Shown here: positions 8,691 to 18,777 of the stretch, one piece after another
How the letters are laid out: every line of letters begins with the position of its first letter
How positions within the stretch are numbered: position 1 is the first letter of the stretch
Assembly (NCBI GenBank): GCA_038210415.1
Contig: JBBQWS010000011.1
Span: 1,593-65,592, forward strand
Length of the DNA stretch: 64,000 nucleotides
Direction of reading: 5' to 3'
Source: Actinomycetes bacterium
GTDB lineage: Bacteria; Actinomycetota; Actinomycetes; Prado026
Notes under the pieces: generated by a model
What the model saw: only the letters and a program-made list of their open reading frames with translations
What the model was told of the DNA's origin: nothing
The model's database searches: none
Position numbers and translations under genes: made by a program

Positions 8691-9770
8691 ATGGGTTCCA
8701 TCCGCGTAGCCATCGTCGGCGTCGGCAACTGTGCCTCGTCGCTGGTCCAGGGTGTCGAGTACTACAAGGACGCCGACCCGTCCGGCAAGGTGCCCGGCCT
8801 CATGCACGTGATGTTCGGCGACTACCACGTCCGCGACCTCAACTTCGTGGCCGCGTTCGACGTCGACTCCAAGAAGGTGGGCCAGGACCTCGCGTACGCC
8901 ATCGGCGCCAGCGAGAACAACACCATCAAGATCTGCGACGTCCCGCCGACGGGCGTCACGGTCCAGCGTGGTCACACCCTCGACGGGCTCGGCAAGTACT
9001 ACCGCGAGATGGTGACCGAGTCCGAGGAGACGCCGGTCGACGTCGTCGCGGCACTGCGCGACGCCCAGGTCGACGTCCTCGTCTGCTACCTGCCCGTCGG
9101 TTCCGAGCAGGCCGCGAAGTTCTACGCCCAGTGCGCCATCGACGCCGGCGTCGGCTTCGTCAACGCGCTTCCGGTCTTCATCGCCGGCACCAAGGAGTGG
9201 GCCGACAAGTTCACCGCCGCGGGCGTGCCGATCGTCGGCGACGACATCAAGAGCCAGGTCGGCGCCACGATCACCCACCGCGTGCTCGCGAAGCTGTTCG
9301 AGGACCGGGGCGTCACCGTCGACCGCACGTACCAGCTCAACGTCGGCGGCAACATGGACTTCATGAACATGCTCGAGCGCACCCGGCTCGAGTCGAAGAA
9401 GATCTCCAAGACCCAGTCGGTCACCTCGCAGATCGTCGGCGACATGCCGGCCCGCAACGTGCACATCGGCCCGTCCGACTACGTCGCGTGGCTCGACGAC
9501 CGCAAGTGGGCGTTCGTCCGGCTCGAGGGTCGCAACTTCGGCGACATCCCGCTGTCGCTGGAGTACAAGCTCGAGGTGTGGGACTCCCCCAACTCGGCCG
9601 GCATCATCATCGATGCCGTCCGGGCGGCCAAGATCGGCCTCGACCGAGGCATCGGCGGCCCGCTGCTGTCGGCCTCCTCGTACTTCATGAAGTCGCCGCC
9701 CGTGCAGTACAGCGACGATGACGCCCGCGACGCGGTCGAGGCGTTCATCCGCGGTGACGTGGAGCGCTGA
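8691..9770 (+). CDS. ino1: myo-inositol-1-phosphate synthase
   Basis: 359 aa. N-terminal [22 protein letters not shown] and overall sequence match actinobacterial Ino1. GAAGGAG lies upstream, 5 nt after the padR stop. Confidence 0.92.
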   Translation: MGSIRVAIVGVGNCASSLVQGVEYYKDADPSGKVPGLMHVMFGDYHVRDLNFVAAFDVDSKKVGQDLAYAIGASENNTIKICDVPPTGVTVQRGHTLDGLGKYYREMVTESEETPVDVVAALRDAQVDVLVCYLPVGSEQAAKFYAQCAIDAGVGFVNALPVFIAGTKEWADKFTAAGVPIVGDDIKSQVGATITHRVLAKLFEDRGVTVDRTYQLNVGGNMDFMNMLERTRLESKKISKTQSVTSQIVGDMPARNVHIGPSDYVAWLDDRKWAFVRLEGRNFGDIPLSLEYKLEVWDSPNSAGIIIDAVRAAKIGLDRGIGGPLLSASSYFMKSPPVQYSDDDARDAVEAFIRGDVER

Positions 9771-9796
9771 CCGGCGCCCAATGCTTGCGGCACGCT

Positions 9797-9834
9797 CCGA
9801 ACGGCCCTTTCCCGGTTGGGGGAGGGCCGTTCGG
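9797..9834 (+). terminator. stem-loop downstream of ino1 (intrinsic terminator candidate)
   Basis: Perfect 12-bp arms CCGAACGGCCCT (9797-9808) / AGGGCCGTTCGG (9823-9834) with a 14-nt loop. No clear U-tract follows (gcaattc). Confidence 0.5.
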
Positions 9835-9851
9835 CAATTCTGTCAAGTTCA

Positions 9852-9880
9852 TTGACCGGGAGGTCAGCAAGCGGCACGAT
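9852..9880 (+). promoter_or_regulatory. candidate promoter for the APC permease gene
   Basis: TTGACC (9852-9857), a 17-nt spacer, then CACGAT (9875-9880, nAnnnT pattern), about 30 nt upstream of ATG 9911. Assigned by eye only. Confidence 0.25.
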
Positions 9881-9910
9881 GCGGCCAGCCGTCAAACACC
9901 GGGAGCACAG

Positions 9911-11488
9911 ATGTCGTCTGGACTGGTCGAGCACTCGACTGCTGCTGCACTGGAAGAGAAGGCCAAGCTGAAGAAGCACTTCGGCCGGTTCGACATCTTC
10001 TTCTTCCTGATCTGCACGATCGTCGGTCTCGACACCCTCGGCGCGGTAGCGAACTTCGGCGCGCAGGCGTTCGTCTGGCTGATGGTCCTCGGGGTGTTCT
10101 TCTTCCTGCCCTACGCGATGCTGGTCGCCGAGCTCGGCTCGACCTTCCGCGACGAGGGCGGGTCGTACATCTGGACCAAGCTGTCGCTCGGGCGGCTGGT
10201 CGCCTCGATGAACGGCATCCTCTACTGGATGTCGAACCCGATCTGGCTCGGCGGCACGCTTGCCATCACCGCGTACACGACGTTCACGACGTTCTTCTGG
10301 AACCCGTCGGACAGCCTGGCCAAGCTCATCCAGATCCTCTTCGGCCTGATCTTCGTCTGGGTCGCAACCTGGTCGGCCATCCTCTCGTTCGGCGTCGGCA
10401 AGTGGATCCCGACCATCGGGGCCTGGGTCCGGGTCACCCTGCTGAGCGTGTTCGTCCTCACCGTGGTGATCTACGCCGCCAAGAACGGCGTGCACGGCGT
10501 GGCCGGAACCGACTTCAAGCCGACCACCGCGGTCTTCTTCGCCGCCGTCCCGGTGCTCTTCTTCAACTTCGTCGGTTTCGAGCTGCCGAGCGCTGCCGGT
10601 GACGAGATGAAGGACCCGCAGAAGGACGTCCCGGTCACGATCCGGCGAGCGTGGCTCGTCGCGATCCTGGCCTACGGGCTGCCGATCCTTGCGATCCTGC
10701 TGGTCCTGCCGTCGGAGCAAATCACCGGTCTGACCGGGTTCATCGGCGCGATCAAGACCGTGTTCACCGTCTACGGCGGCGAGGTCGCGGCGGACGGCAC
10801 CGCCACCCTGACCGGCTTGGGCACCGTGCTCGGCGACATCGCCGCGATCGGGTTCATCCTCGCGCTGCTCTCCAGCGGCGCCACCTGGATCATGGGCGCC
10901 GACCGGGCCGAGGCCGTCGCGAGCTACGACGGTGCCGGCCCGCGCTGGCTCGGGACGTTCTCCGGCAAGTACGGCACCCCGATCGCGGTCAACCTGCTGT
11001 CGGGCGTGCTGTCGACGGTCGTCCTGGTGGTCGCGACGATCCTGACCGGCGCCGGTGGAGCCGAGAAGTACTTCACCGCGGTGCTGGGCCTGGCCATCTC
11101 GACGACCACCCTGTCGTACCTCGGGATCTTCCCGGCGCTGTACATCCTGCGCCGCAAGTACCCCAGCCTGCACCGGCCCTACCGCGCGCCCGGCGGCCTG
11201 ACCGGCAGCCTGGTCATCACCGTGGTCACGATGTTCTGGGCGATCCTGGGCTCGGTCGCGCTGGTGTGGCCGGGGGCGCTGAACATCTTCACCGGCGACC
11301 CCGTCGACGCCGGCCTGCCCGAGCAGTTCGCCGGGCAGCGGTGGACCTACGAGGCCACCCAGCTCGTGCCGATCGCGCTGATGCTCGGTCTCGGGCTGCT
11401 CTTCTATAAGTGGGGCGCCAAGACCAGGGCCCAGCAGGTCGACGTGCCGCTCGACGTCGAGGCGTTGGTGGCCGAGCGCCAGCCGTAA
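9911..11488 (+). CDS. APC-superfamily amino acid permease
   Basis: ATG 9911 is preceded by GGGAG; the ORF-track start 9785 adds a non-hydrophobic, low-probability extension. About 12 hydrophobic segments. The pattern FFFLICTIVGLDTLG...GGSYIW is typical of APC permeases. Confidence 0.8.
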   Translation: MSSGLVEHSTAAALEEKAKLKKHFGRFDIFFFLICTIVGLDTLGAVANFGAQAFVWLMVLGVFFFLPYAMLVAELGSTFRDEGGSYIWTKLSLGRLVASMNGILYWMSNPIWLGGTLAITAYTTFTTFFWNPSDSLAKLIQILFGLIFVWVATWSAILSFGVGKWIPTIGAWVRVTLLSVFVLTVVIYAAKNGVHGVAGTDFKPTTAVFFAAVPVLFFNFVGFELPSAAGDEMKDPQKDVPVTIRRAWLVAILAYGLPILAILLVLPSEQITGLTGFIGAIKTVFTVYGGEVAADGTATLTGLGTVLGDIAAIGFILALLSSGATWIMGADRAEAVASYDGAGPRWLGTFSGKYGTPIAVNLLSGVLSTVVLVVATILTGAGGAEKYFTAVLGLAISTTTLSYLGIFPALYILRRKYPSLHRPYRAPGGLTGSLVITVVTMFWAILGSVALVWPGALNIFTGDPVDAGLPEQFAGQRWTYEATQLVPIALMLGLGLLFYKWGAKTRAQQVDVPLDVEALVAERQP

Positions 11489-11616
11489 GCCTGACGGTCA
11501 GGACCCGCGCCTCCATTCCAGGGTACGAGTACTGCCGTTTCCGGTCCCATGATGGATACTGCACAGGTGATTGCCGATACGTGCAGAAACGCGCACTTCA
11601 TCCGGCGCGTTCCCCG

Positions 11617-12576
11617 ATGACCGCGGAGGCGACCCAGTCGCCCGTCGTGGTGGTGGTCGGCGACGCGAACCCCGACCTCGTGCTCGCCGGCGACACGGTG
11701 CCGCGGTTCGGGCAGGCCGAGCAGCTGCTCGACGACGCGGTGCTCACGCTGGGTGGCTCCGCCGCCATCGTCGCCAGCGGGCTGGCCCGGCTCGGGGTGG
11801 CGACCGCGCTCGTCACCGTGGTCGGCGACGACCTGTTCGGCTCGTACGTCCGGTCCGAGCTGGTGGCCGCCGGCGTCGACACCCGCTGGGTGACCCACCG
11901 CTCCGACCGGCCGACCGGCGTCACCGTGGTGCTGTCGGGGCACGGCCGGGCGCTGCTCACCTTCCCGGGCACGATCTCGTTGCTGCGGGAGGGCGACGTG
12001 CCGGACGAGCTGCTCGCGACGACGCAGCACCTGCACGTCGCGTCGTACTTCCTGCAGCCCGGGCTGGCCGCCGAGCTGCCGAAGCTGTTCGCCCGGGCCC
12101 ACGGACACGGCACCACCGTGTCGCTCGACACGAACTGGGACCCGGCCGAGCGGTGGATCGGGGTGCGCGAGCTGATGCCGTACGTCGACGTCCTGCTGCC
12201 CAACGCTGCGGAGCTGCTGGCCCTGGCCCGCAGCGCAAGGGTCGCCTCCGAGCCGGTCGCTCTCGAACGGGCCGCCCGCAGCCTCGGCTCCGGACGCACG
12301 ACCATCGCGCTCAAGGCCGGGGCGGACGGCGGCGTCGTCTGGACGCCGGACCGGCAGCGGTTCGCCGTCCCGGTCCAGCCGCTGCCGGTGGTCGACACCA
12401 CGGGCGCGGGCGACTCGTTCAACGCCGGGTACCTGTCCGGCTACGTCGAGGGACTGACACCGGCGGACTGCCTGGCTCGGGCTGTTGCCGCGGGCAGCCT
12501 GTCGACGCGGGCGGCCGGGGGTACGGCGGCGCAACCGACGCGGGCCGAGCTGCTTGCGGCGGTGGCCGGCGCGTAG
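11617..12576 (+). CDS. PfkB/ribokinase-family sugar (phosphate) kinase
   Basis: ATG 11617 gives MTAEATQSPVVVVVGDANPDLV. C-terminal DTTGAGDSFNAGY is the PfkB signature. The ORF-track start 11410 lies inside the preceding gene's tail and low-GC spacer. Confidence 0.85.
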   Translation: MTAEATQSPVVVVVGDANPDLVLAGDTVPRFGQAEQLLDDAVLTLGGSAAIVASGLARLGVATALVTVVGDDLFGSYVRSELVAAGVDTRWVTHRSDRPTGVTVVLSGHGRALLTFPGTISLLREGDVPDELLATTQHLHVASYFLQPGLAAELPKLFARAHGHGTTVSLDTNWDPAERWIGVRELMPYVDVLLPNAAELLALARSARVASEPVALERAARSLGSGRTTIALKAGADGGVVWTPDRQRFAVPVQPLPVVDTTGAGDSFNAGYLSGYVEGLTPADCLARAVAAGSLSTRAAGGTAAQPTRAELLAAVAGA

Positions 12577-12586
12577 CGCGGCCGGC

Positions 12587-13492
12587 TCAGCCTTTGAGGC
12601 CGCTGAAGGTCATCGTCGCGACGAACTGCCGCTGGGCGACGATGAAGCCGATGATCAGCGGCATCGTCGCGACGACGTTGCCGGCCATCAGCAGCGACCA
12701 CTGGGTACGCCGGGTGCCCTGGAACGTCGTCAGGCCGACCTGCAGGGTGAAGTTGTCCTGGTTGCTGATCGCGATCAACGGCCAGATCAGGTCGTTCCAC
12801 GAGTTGAGCAGGGTGAAGATGGCCAGCGTCGCCAGAGCCGGCTTGGCCAGCGGCAGGACGACCCGCCAGAACACCCCGAACGGGGAGCAGCCGTCGATCG
12901 TCGCGGCCTCCTCGAGCTCCTTCGGCAGCGACAGGAAGAACTGCCGCATCAAGAAGATGCCGAACGCCGAGGTGAGCCACGGGATGAACGCGGCCGCCAG
13001 GGTGTCCACCACGCCTAACTTCGCGAACATCACGTACGTCGGGATCATCAGCAGCTGCACCGGGATCATGATGGTGCCGACGATCGCGAAGAAGCCGAGG
13101 CTGCGCCCGCGGAACTTCAGCCGCGCGTACCCGTAGCCCGCGAGCGAGCACAGGATCAGGTGCGACACGACCGAGATCGTCGCGACGATCGTGGTGTTGA
13201 GCAGCCAGCGCGCCGCCGGGGTGTCTGTGAAGAAGCCGGCGTACCCGCCGAGGTTCAACGACCGCGGGAGGAACTTGGGCGGGAACGAGTTGATGTCGGC
13301 GTCGGTCATGAACGACGTCAGCACCATCTGGACGAGCGGGAGCGCGAAGATCAGCGCGACCGGCATCAGCAGCAGGTGCCACGGGCTGAACGGCAGGAAC
13401 CCACGTCGACGGCGGCGGTGTGGCTTGCCTGAGCGGTCGAGCGACTGCTCGTCGAGGGCGTCGTTAGCGGCGCGGGTCAGGATGGACGCCAT
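12587..13492 (-). CDS. carbohydrate ABC transporter permease (MalG-like)
   Basis: Start ATG 13492 (MASILTRAAN...), 301 aa. EAA loop LEEAATIDGCSPFGVFWRVVLPLAKP. Overlaps the upstream permease stop by 1 nt (ATGA). Confidence 0.88.
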   Translation of the reverse strand: MASILTRAANDALDEQSLDRSGKPHRRRRRGFLPFSPWHLLLMPVALIFALPLVQMVLTSFMTDADINSFPPKFLPRSLNLGGYAGFFTDTPAARWLLNTTIVATISVVSHLILCSLAGYGYARLKFRGRSLGFFAIVGTIMIPVQLLMIPTYVMFAKLGVVDTLAAAFIPWLTSAFGIFLMRQFFLSLPKELEEAATIDGCSPFGVFWRVVLPLAKPALATLAIFTLLNSWNDLIWPLIAISNQDNFTLQVGLTTFQGTRRTQWSLLMAGNVVATMPLIIGFIVAQRQFVATMTFSGLKG

Positions 13493-14448
13493 CAGAAGGC
13501 CTCGATCTTGGTGCGCCGGGAGTACCAGACCATGATCAGCGTGATCAGCATCGTGGCCGCGAACAGGACGTACGACACCGCGGCGCCGTAGCCGAACCGC
13601 CCACCACCGCCCTGGAAAGCCAGGTTGTAGATGTAGTAGACCAGCGTGGTCGTCGACTGCAGGGGGCCACCGCGGGTGGTCGTGAAGACGATGTCGAACA
13701 GCTGCAGCGCGGTGATCGTCTGCCAGACCGCGGTGAAAACGGTGACCGGTGCCAGCTCGGGCAGGGTGACGTAGCGGAAGACCTGTCGGCGGTTCGCGCC
13801 GTCGACGACCGCCGCCTCGACGATGTCCGGCGAGATGTCCTGGAGCGCCGCGAGGTACACGACCACGGTGAAGCCCACCTGGCCCCAGAGCGCGATGATC
13901 ACGATGATCAACATCGCCTGGGTCGGCGACTCCAGGAAGGCCATCTGCGGCAGCCCGACCCGTCGGAACAGGTCGTTCGCGATGCCGTACTGCGGCTCGA
14001 AGACGAAGCTCGCCAGGATCCCGGTCGCGGCCGCCGACGCCACGAACGGGATGAAGATCGCCGTGCGGTAGAACCCGACGAACCGGATCCGCTGGTTCAG
14101 CGCGACCGCGAGCAGGATGCCGAGCAGGATCGAGACGGGGACGAACAGCGCCGTGAAGAACAGCGTGTGCTGCACGGCGGCCCACAGCTCGGGGTCCTTG
14201 ATCAGCCGCTGGTAGTTGCGCCAGCCGACATCCTTCGGCGGCTTGATGCCGTTCCACTGGGTCCGCGAGATGAAGAAGGCCCACAGCGCAGGGAAGATCG
14301 ACAGCCCGACGACGATCAATGTGGACGGACCGACGAACGCCCAGCCGGTGAGGTTGCCCTGCCGCCGGCGCCGCCGCTTGGCCTTGCGGCGCAGGCGGTC
14401 CTCCTCGGCGACGCTCGGTGGAGCCGCACGAAGGTCGAGCTCGGTCAT
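13492..14448 (-). CDS. carbohydrate ABC transporter permease (MalF-like)
   Basis: Start ATG 14448 (MTELDLRAAPP...), 318 aa. EAA loop IVEAAVVDGANRRQVFRYVTLPELAP. Confidence 0.88.
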   Translation of the reverse strand: MTELDLRAAPPSVAEEDRLRRKAKRRRRRQGNLTGWAFVGPSTLIVVGLSIFPALWAFFISRTQWNGIKPPKDVGWRNYQRLIKDPELWAAVQHTLFFTALFVPVSILLGILLAVALNQRIRFVGFYRTAIFIPFVASAAATGILASFVFEPQYGIANDLFRRVGLPQMAFLESPTQAMLIIVIIALWGQVGFTVVVYLAALQDISPDIVEAAVVDGANRRQVFRYVTLPELAPVTVFTAVWQTITALQLFDIVFTTTRGGPLQSTTTLVYYIYNLAFQGGGGRFGYGAAVSYVLFAATMLITLIMVWYSRRTKIEAF

Positions 14449-14473
14449 CGGCTGCTCCGTCCCCGGGCCCCGG

Positions 14474-15802
14474 TTACTGGTTGAGCGCGTCGGCGGACTG
14501 GCTGGCCGCCTGGTCGAGGGCGTCCTTGCTCGCGGCCGCCCCCTGCAGCACCTTGGAGATCGCCTGGCCAACGTACTTCGACATCTCCGTGTAGCCGGGG
14601 ACCGTGGGCCTGGGCTGCTTGACGTTCTTCAGGTTGTCGAAGAAGACCTGCGCCCCCGGCGCATAGTCGGCGGTCCACTTGGCGAACTCGGGCGTCGAGT
14701 TCTCGGACGACCGCAGCGGCAGGTTGCCGTACGCGAGGTTCCACCGCGCGTCGATCGCCTTGGACGTCAGCCAGATCAAGAAGTCGGTCGTGGCGCCGGC
14801 ACGGTTGACGTCCGAGTGGTCGAAGCCCACCCACACGTCCGGCCCGGACACGGTCTGGTGGTCACCGTTGAACGCCGGCAGCGGGACGACACCGTACGAG
14901 ACCTTGCGGTCCTTCAGGTCGAACAGGCTCCACGGGCCGGACAGGATCATGCCGATCCGGCCGTCGTAGAAGAGCGGGGCGTACTTCTCGTCGGTCTGGT
15001 CCAGGTACATCGACTTGTCGTCGACCGCCATCGACCGCAGGAAGTCCAGCGCCGCCACGCCCTGGTCGGAGTTGAACGCCACCGACTTGCCGTCGTCGGA
15101 CAGGATCTTGCCGCCCTTCTGCCACAGCAACGGCCACAGGTGCCAGGTGGTGTCCTCGCTGCCGGACACCGAGTACGCGGCGCCGTAGATCTTCTTGGCG
15201 GGGTCGGTCAGCCGCTTCGCCGCGGCCCGGAAGTCGTCCCAGGTCCAGTCGGCCGTCGGGTACGGCACGCCCGCGTCGTCGAACACCTTCTTGTTGTAGA
15301 TCAGGCCCAGGTTGTCGACCAGCGCGGGGATGCCGATCACCTTGCCGTCGACGGTCGCGGTCTTGCGCGCCCCCTCCGGGATCTCGGTCCAGTTGACCTC
15401 GGGCTTGGTGACCGCGGCAGTCATGTCGAGCGTGTGCCCGCTCTGGCCCAGCTCGGTGGCCCAGCTGCCGAAGGCGTACGACAGGTCGGGATAGTTGCCG
15501 CCGACGAACCCCGCGGACACCTTCTGCAGGAGGTCGTCCGTCGTCGACGCCCCGGGCGACGTCTTGATGGTGACGTTGCTGTGCGCCTTCATGTACTCCG
15601 CGGCCAGACCCTCGAGCAACTTCTCCGCCTCGGCCGTCTGCCCGGTCCACCAGGTGATGGTCACCGGAGCCTTCGGGTCGTACGCGGCCTTCGCCCCGGC
15701 GCTGCCGGAGGGAGTGGCGCTGCCGGACGTGCAGGCGACCAGCAGCAGGGAGCCGATCGACAGCCCGGCGATGGCAGCCAGTGAGCGGGACACGGTCTTC
15801 AT
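14474..15802 (-). CDS. ABC transporter extracellular sugar-binding lipoprotein
   Basis: Start ATG 15802 (MKTVSRSLAAIAGLSIGSLLLVAC), with lipobox LVAC. 442 aa, typical family-1 SBP size. ATGA overlap with the SIS gene stop. The ORF-track N-terminal extension to 16594 is an out-of-frame shadow of the SIS gene. Confidence 0.88.
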   Translation of the reverse strand: MKTVSRSLAAIAGLSIGSLLLVACTSGSATPSGSAGAKAAYDPKAPVTITWWTGQTAEAEKLLEGLAAEYMKAHSNVTIKTSPGASTTDDLLQKVSAGFVGGNYPDLSYAFGSWATELGQSGHTLDMTAAVTKPEVNWTEIPEGARKTATVDGKVIGIPALVDNLGLIYNKKVFDDAGVPYPTADWTWDDFRAAAKRLTDPAKKIYGAAYSVSGSEDTTWHLWPLLWQKGGKILSDDGKSVAFNSDQGVAALDFLRSMAVDDKSMYLDQTDEKYAPLFYDGRIGMILSGPWSLFDLKDRKVSYGVVPLPAFNGDHQTVSGPDVWVGFDHSDVNRAGATTDFLIWLTSKAIDARWNLAYGNLPLRSSENSTPEFAKWTADYAPGAQVFFDNLKNVKQPRPTVPGYTEMSKYVGQAISKVLQGAAASKDALDQAASQSADALNQ

Positions 15803-16713
15803 CGGTGCTGTCCGTTCGTCGAAGGGGTCGAGGCCAGGATGACGGAGCGGGTCAGTCCACGTGGGTTGTCCGGGTCGAGGCCGCGCGACGCGGCGACGGC
15901 GAGAGCGAGCCGCTGCGCCACCACGAGCTGGGCGAGCGGGTCGAGGTCGCTGGTCACCACGGTCGCACCGGTGGCCTGCACTGTCTCGACCAGCCCGGCG
16001 GGCGGCGTGCCGAACACGAAGACGAGCGAGTGCGGGCCGGCCACGGCGATGGGCCCGTGCCGGTAGTCCATCGAGGGGTACGACTCCGACCAGGCCTGCG
16101 CTGCCTCGCGGATCTTCAGCGCCGCCTCGTGCGCCAGCCCGACCGACCAGCCGGTGCCGAGGAAGACGAAATGCTCGAATCGCGCGGGGTCGACCGGCAG
16201 CGGGGCCGCCACGGCGAGGTGCCCGTCCCGGACGACCGGGCCGAGGTCCTCGCCCAGTGCTCCCCGGACCAGCGCGAGCAGAGTCGTCGGGAACCGGGTC
16301 TGCACGACGCTCGTCTCGTCGGCGTAGTCGAGGACGAGCCGGTGGTCGACAAGTGCATCCACCGGCTCGCCCCGCACCGCGGTCACGGCGACCGTGCTCG
16401 AGCCCGGCTGCAGGGAGCGCAGGGCGTCGAGGATCTCGGTCGTCGTACCGGACCGGGTGATCGCGACGACGCGGTCGTAGCCGCGCCGCTGGACGACCGC
16501 GGACTCCGAGCCGTAGCTCGCGTCGGTCTCGCCGAACCCGGCCTCCTCGCGCAGGGCCGCGTAGGCCATCGCGACGAAGGCGGACGTCCCGCAACCCAGG
16601 GCCAGCACGCGCTCGCCTCGGGCGGCCAGCAGGGCGCCGGCCGTCCCGAGCTGCTGGCGGGCCTGCTCCCAGACGGCGGGCTGGCTGATGATCTCGCGCT
16701 CTGTTGCGTTCAT
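15799..16713 (-). CDS. double-SIS-domain sugar-phosphate isomerase/deaminase or deglycase (AgaS/FrlB/GlmS-C-like)
   Basis: 304 aa. The N-terminal EREIISQP resembles the EIxEQP motif of GlmS-isomerase-type SIS proteins. LALGCGTSAF is a SIS phosphate loop. First gene of the transporter operon. Confidence 0.75.
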   Translation of the reverse strand: MNATEREIISQPAVWEQARQQLGTAGALLAARGERVLALGCGTSAFVAMAYAALREEAGFGETDASYGSESAVVQRRGYDRVVAITRSGTTTEILDALRSLQPGSSTVAVTAVRGEPVDALVDHRLVLDYADETSVVQTRFPTTLLALVRGALGEDLGPVVRDGHLAVAAPLPVDPARFEHFVFLGTGWSVGLAHEAALKIREAAQAWSESYPSMDYRHGPIAVAGPHSLVFVFGTPPAGLVETVQATGATVVTSDLDPLAQLVVAQRLALAVAASRGLDPDNPRGLTRSVILASTPSTNGQHR

Positions 16714-16770
16714 GATGGCGTGAGTATGCTCATATCTGCTCGATTATGGGGAGAGTCTCGACCAAAGTGA

Positions 16771-16791
16771 ACAAACGAGATGAGCGTTTCT
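16771..16791. promoter_or_regulatory. imperfect inverted repeat ACAAACG-N7-CGTTTCT at the amidohydrolase start (operator candidate)
   Basis: AAACG (16773-16777) and CGTTT (16785-16789) flank ATG 16780 in the AT-rich divergent SIS/amidohydrolase region. The same AAACG/CGTTT words recur in the GH4/deoR region. Confidence 0.3.
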
Positions 16792-17877
16792 ATGAGTGAT
16801 CTGCGACCCGGCAGCGCCGGACCAGGCCCTGGCGAGCTGACCGACCTCCGGCTGCGCGACTTCGCGCCGGTGCCGTCGATCCGCCGGCCGCTGACCTCGG
16901 TGCCCAGGCCGGCCGAGCCTGTCGTCGACATGCACAACCACGTAGGCCGTTGGCTGTCCGGGGACGGCAGCTGGCTCGCGCCGGACGTCGACGCGCTGCT
17001 CGCCGACCTGGACGACGTCGGAGTGGCCACCCTGGTCAACCTGGACGGTCGCTGGGGCGCCGAGCTGGCCGAGAACCTCGACCGGTACGACGCCGCGCAC
17101 CCAGCCCGCTTCGCGACGTTCTGCCACCTCGACTGGTCGCTGCTGCGGGCCGACCGCCCGACCGAGGCGCTCGTCCGCTCGCTCACCGGGTCGGCTGCCG
17201 CCGGGGCCCGCGGGGTCAAGGTCTGGAAGGACCTCGGGCTACAGGTCACCGACAGTGCGGGGCAACAGGTGCTGCCCGACGACGAGCGGCTCACCGACGT
17301 CTTCCTCGCGGCGGGTGAGCTCGGCCTGCCTGTCCTCATCCACACCGCGGACCCGGTCGCGTTCTTCGCGCCCCTGGACCGGCACAACGAGCGGCTGGAC
17401 GAGCTCGGCGAGATGCCGGCGTGGTGGTTCGGCGGCCCGGAGCACCCGACGTTCGACCGGCTGATGGCTGCTCTCGAGACCGTGGTGGCCCGCGCGCCGG
17501 GCACCACCTTCGTCGGCGCACACGTGGGGTGCGCGGCGGAGGACCTCGACTGGGTACGCCGGATGCTGCTGACCTACCCGAACTTCAACGTCGACCTCGG
17601 CGGCCGGCTCGGCGAGCTCGGGCGGCAGCCGCGCCGCTTCGCAGCGCTGGTCGCCGACCACCCGGACCGGGTGCTGTTCGGCACCGACTCGTTCCCGCCG
17701 GACCCGGCCGTCTACCGGACGTACTACCAGTTCCTCGAGACGGCGGACGAGTGCTTCCCGTACGCGCCCGGCTGTGAGGTGCCGCCGCAAGGGCGCTGGG
17801 AGATCAGCGGGGCGGCCCTCCCGGTGGAGCATCTGACCGCGGTCTACGGCGGCAATGCCCGGCGGATCCTCGGCTGA
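16780..17877 (+). CDS. amidohydrolase-superfamily metal hydrolase (Amidohydro_2-like; not NagA-like)
   Basis: 365 aa. VVDMHNHVG metal-binding start, later LIHTAD and FGTDSFP, consistent with the TIM-barrel amidohydrolase_2 pattern (lactonase/decarboxylase-type family). Alt start ATG 16792. Confidence 0.7.
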   Translation: MSVSMSDLRPGSAGPGPGELTDLRLRDFAPVPSIRRPLTSVPRPAEPVVDMHNHVGRWLSGDGSWLAPDVDALLADLDDVGVATLVNLDGRWGAELAENLDRYDAAHPARFATFCHLDWSLLRADRPTEALVRSLTGSAAAGARGVKVWKDLGLQVTDSAGQQVLPDDERLTDVFLAAGELGLPVLIHTADPVAFFAPLDRHNERLDELGEMPAWWFGGPEHPTFDRLMAALETVVARAPGTTFVGAHVGCAAEDLDWVRRMLLTYPNFNVDLGGRLGELGRQPRRFAALVADHPDRVLFGTDSFPPDPAVYRTYYQFLETADECFPYAPGCEVPPQGRWEISGAALPVEHLTAVYGGNARRILG

Positions 17878-17889
17878 CTCCGGGAGCTG

Positions 17890-18729
17890 TCAGGCGCCGG
17901 CCAGGACGGCCAGCTGGGTCGCCACGACGCCGGCCATGGCGGCGCGGGCGGGGGCGAGGTACTTGCGCGGGTCGACGACCGACTCGTTCGCAGCGAGGTA
18001 GGCCCGGACCGCCCCCGTGAACGCGATGTTCAGCGCCGTCCCGATGTTGACCTTGACCATGCCGGCCTGAACCGCCGCCCGGAGCTCGTCGTCCGGGACG
18101 CCGCTCGACCCGTGCAGCACGAGCGGGACGCCTACGGCGGCGGCCAGCCGGGCAATCAGGTCGTGATCGAGCACGGCCGTGCGGTCGGTCATCGCGTGCG
18201 AGCTGCCGACCGCGACGGCCAGCCCGTCGACCCCGGTTGCGGCGACGTAGGCGGCCGCCTGCTCCGGGTCTGTGCGCACGCCGGGGGCGTGGGCGCCGTC
18301 CTTGCCCCCGACTTCGCCCAGCTCGGCTTCGACCCACAGCCCCAGCGAATGGCCCCAGTCCGCCGCCGCGCGGGTCGCCGCCACGTTCTCGGCGAAGGGC
18401 CGCCTCGACGCGTCGTACATCACCGAACCGAACCCGTGGTCGGCCGCCTGGTGCAGCAGGGCGTCGTCCTCGACGTGATCCAGGTGCAGGGAGACGGGGA
18501 CGTCCGCGGCGGCGGCGACTGCGACGCTCGCGGCCGCGAGCGGCCCGAGTCGGCCACCGTGGAACTTCACGGCGTTCTCGCTGATCGAGATGATGACGGC
18601 CAGTCGGGCCTGCTCGGCGCCGGCCACGATCGCCTCCGCGTGCTCGAGGCAGATGGCGTTGAACGCCCCGGCGGCCCCGCCGCGGCGGCGGACGTCGGCG
18701 ATGAGCTCCGCGGTGGGGACGAGCGGCAT
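17890..18729 (-). CDS. class II ketose-1,6-bisphosphate aldolase (tagatose/fructose-bisphosphate aldolase family)
   Basis: 279 aa. Motifs LHLDH, EAELGEVGG, VGSSHA and LVLHGSSG are typical of class II FBA/KbaY/GatY. Confidence 0.85.
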   Translation of the reverse strand: MPLVPTAELIADVRRRGGAAGAFNAICLEHAEAIVAGAEQARLAVIISISENAVKFHGGRLGPLAAASVAVAAAADVPVSLHLDHVEDDALLHQAADHGFGSVMYDASRRPFAENVAATRAAADWGHSLGLWVEAELGEVGGKDGAHAPGVRTDPEQAAAYVAATGVDGLAVAVGSSHAMTDRTAVLDHDLIARLAAAVGVPLVLHGSSGVPDDELRAAVQAGMVKVNIGTALNIAFTGAVRAYLAANESVVDPRKYLAPARAAMAGVVATQLAVLAGA

Positions 18730-18777
18730 GGCAGCGCGCCTTTCGTGGTGGTCAAGGAGCAGTGCGGCGAACGAGGG

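Noticed and set aside
11489-11616. Lower-GC spacer before the PfkB gene with CTGCAC-N16-GTGCAG and GATAC repeats, considered as a riboswitch or operator
   Set aside because: I recognise no riboswitch consensus and the repeats are short. It is probably just a promoter region. It lacks the full inverted-repeat operator arrangements seen in the island's other regulatory regions.
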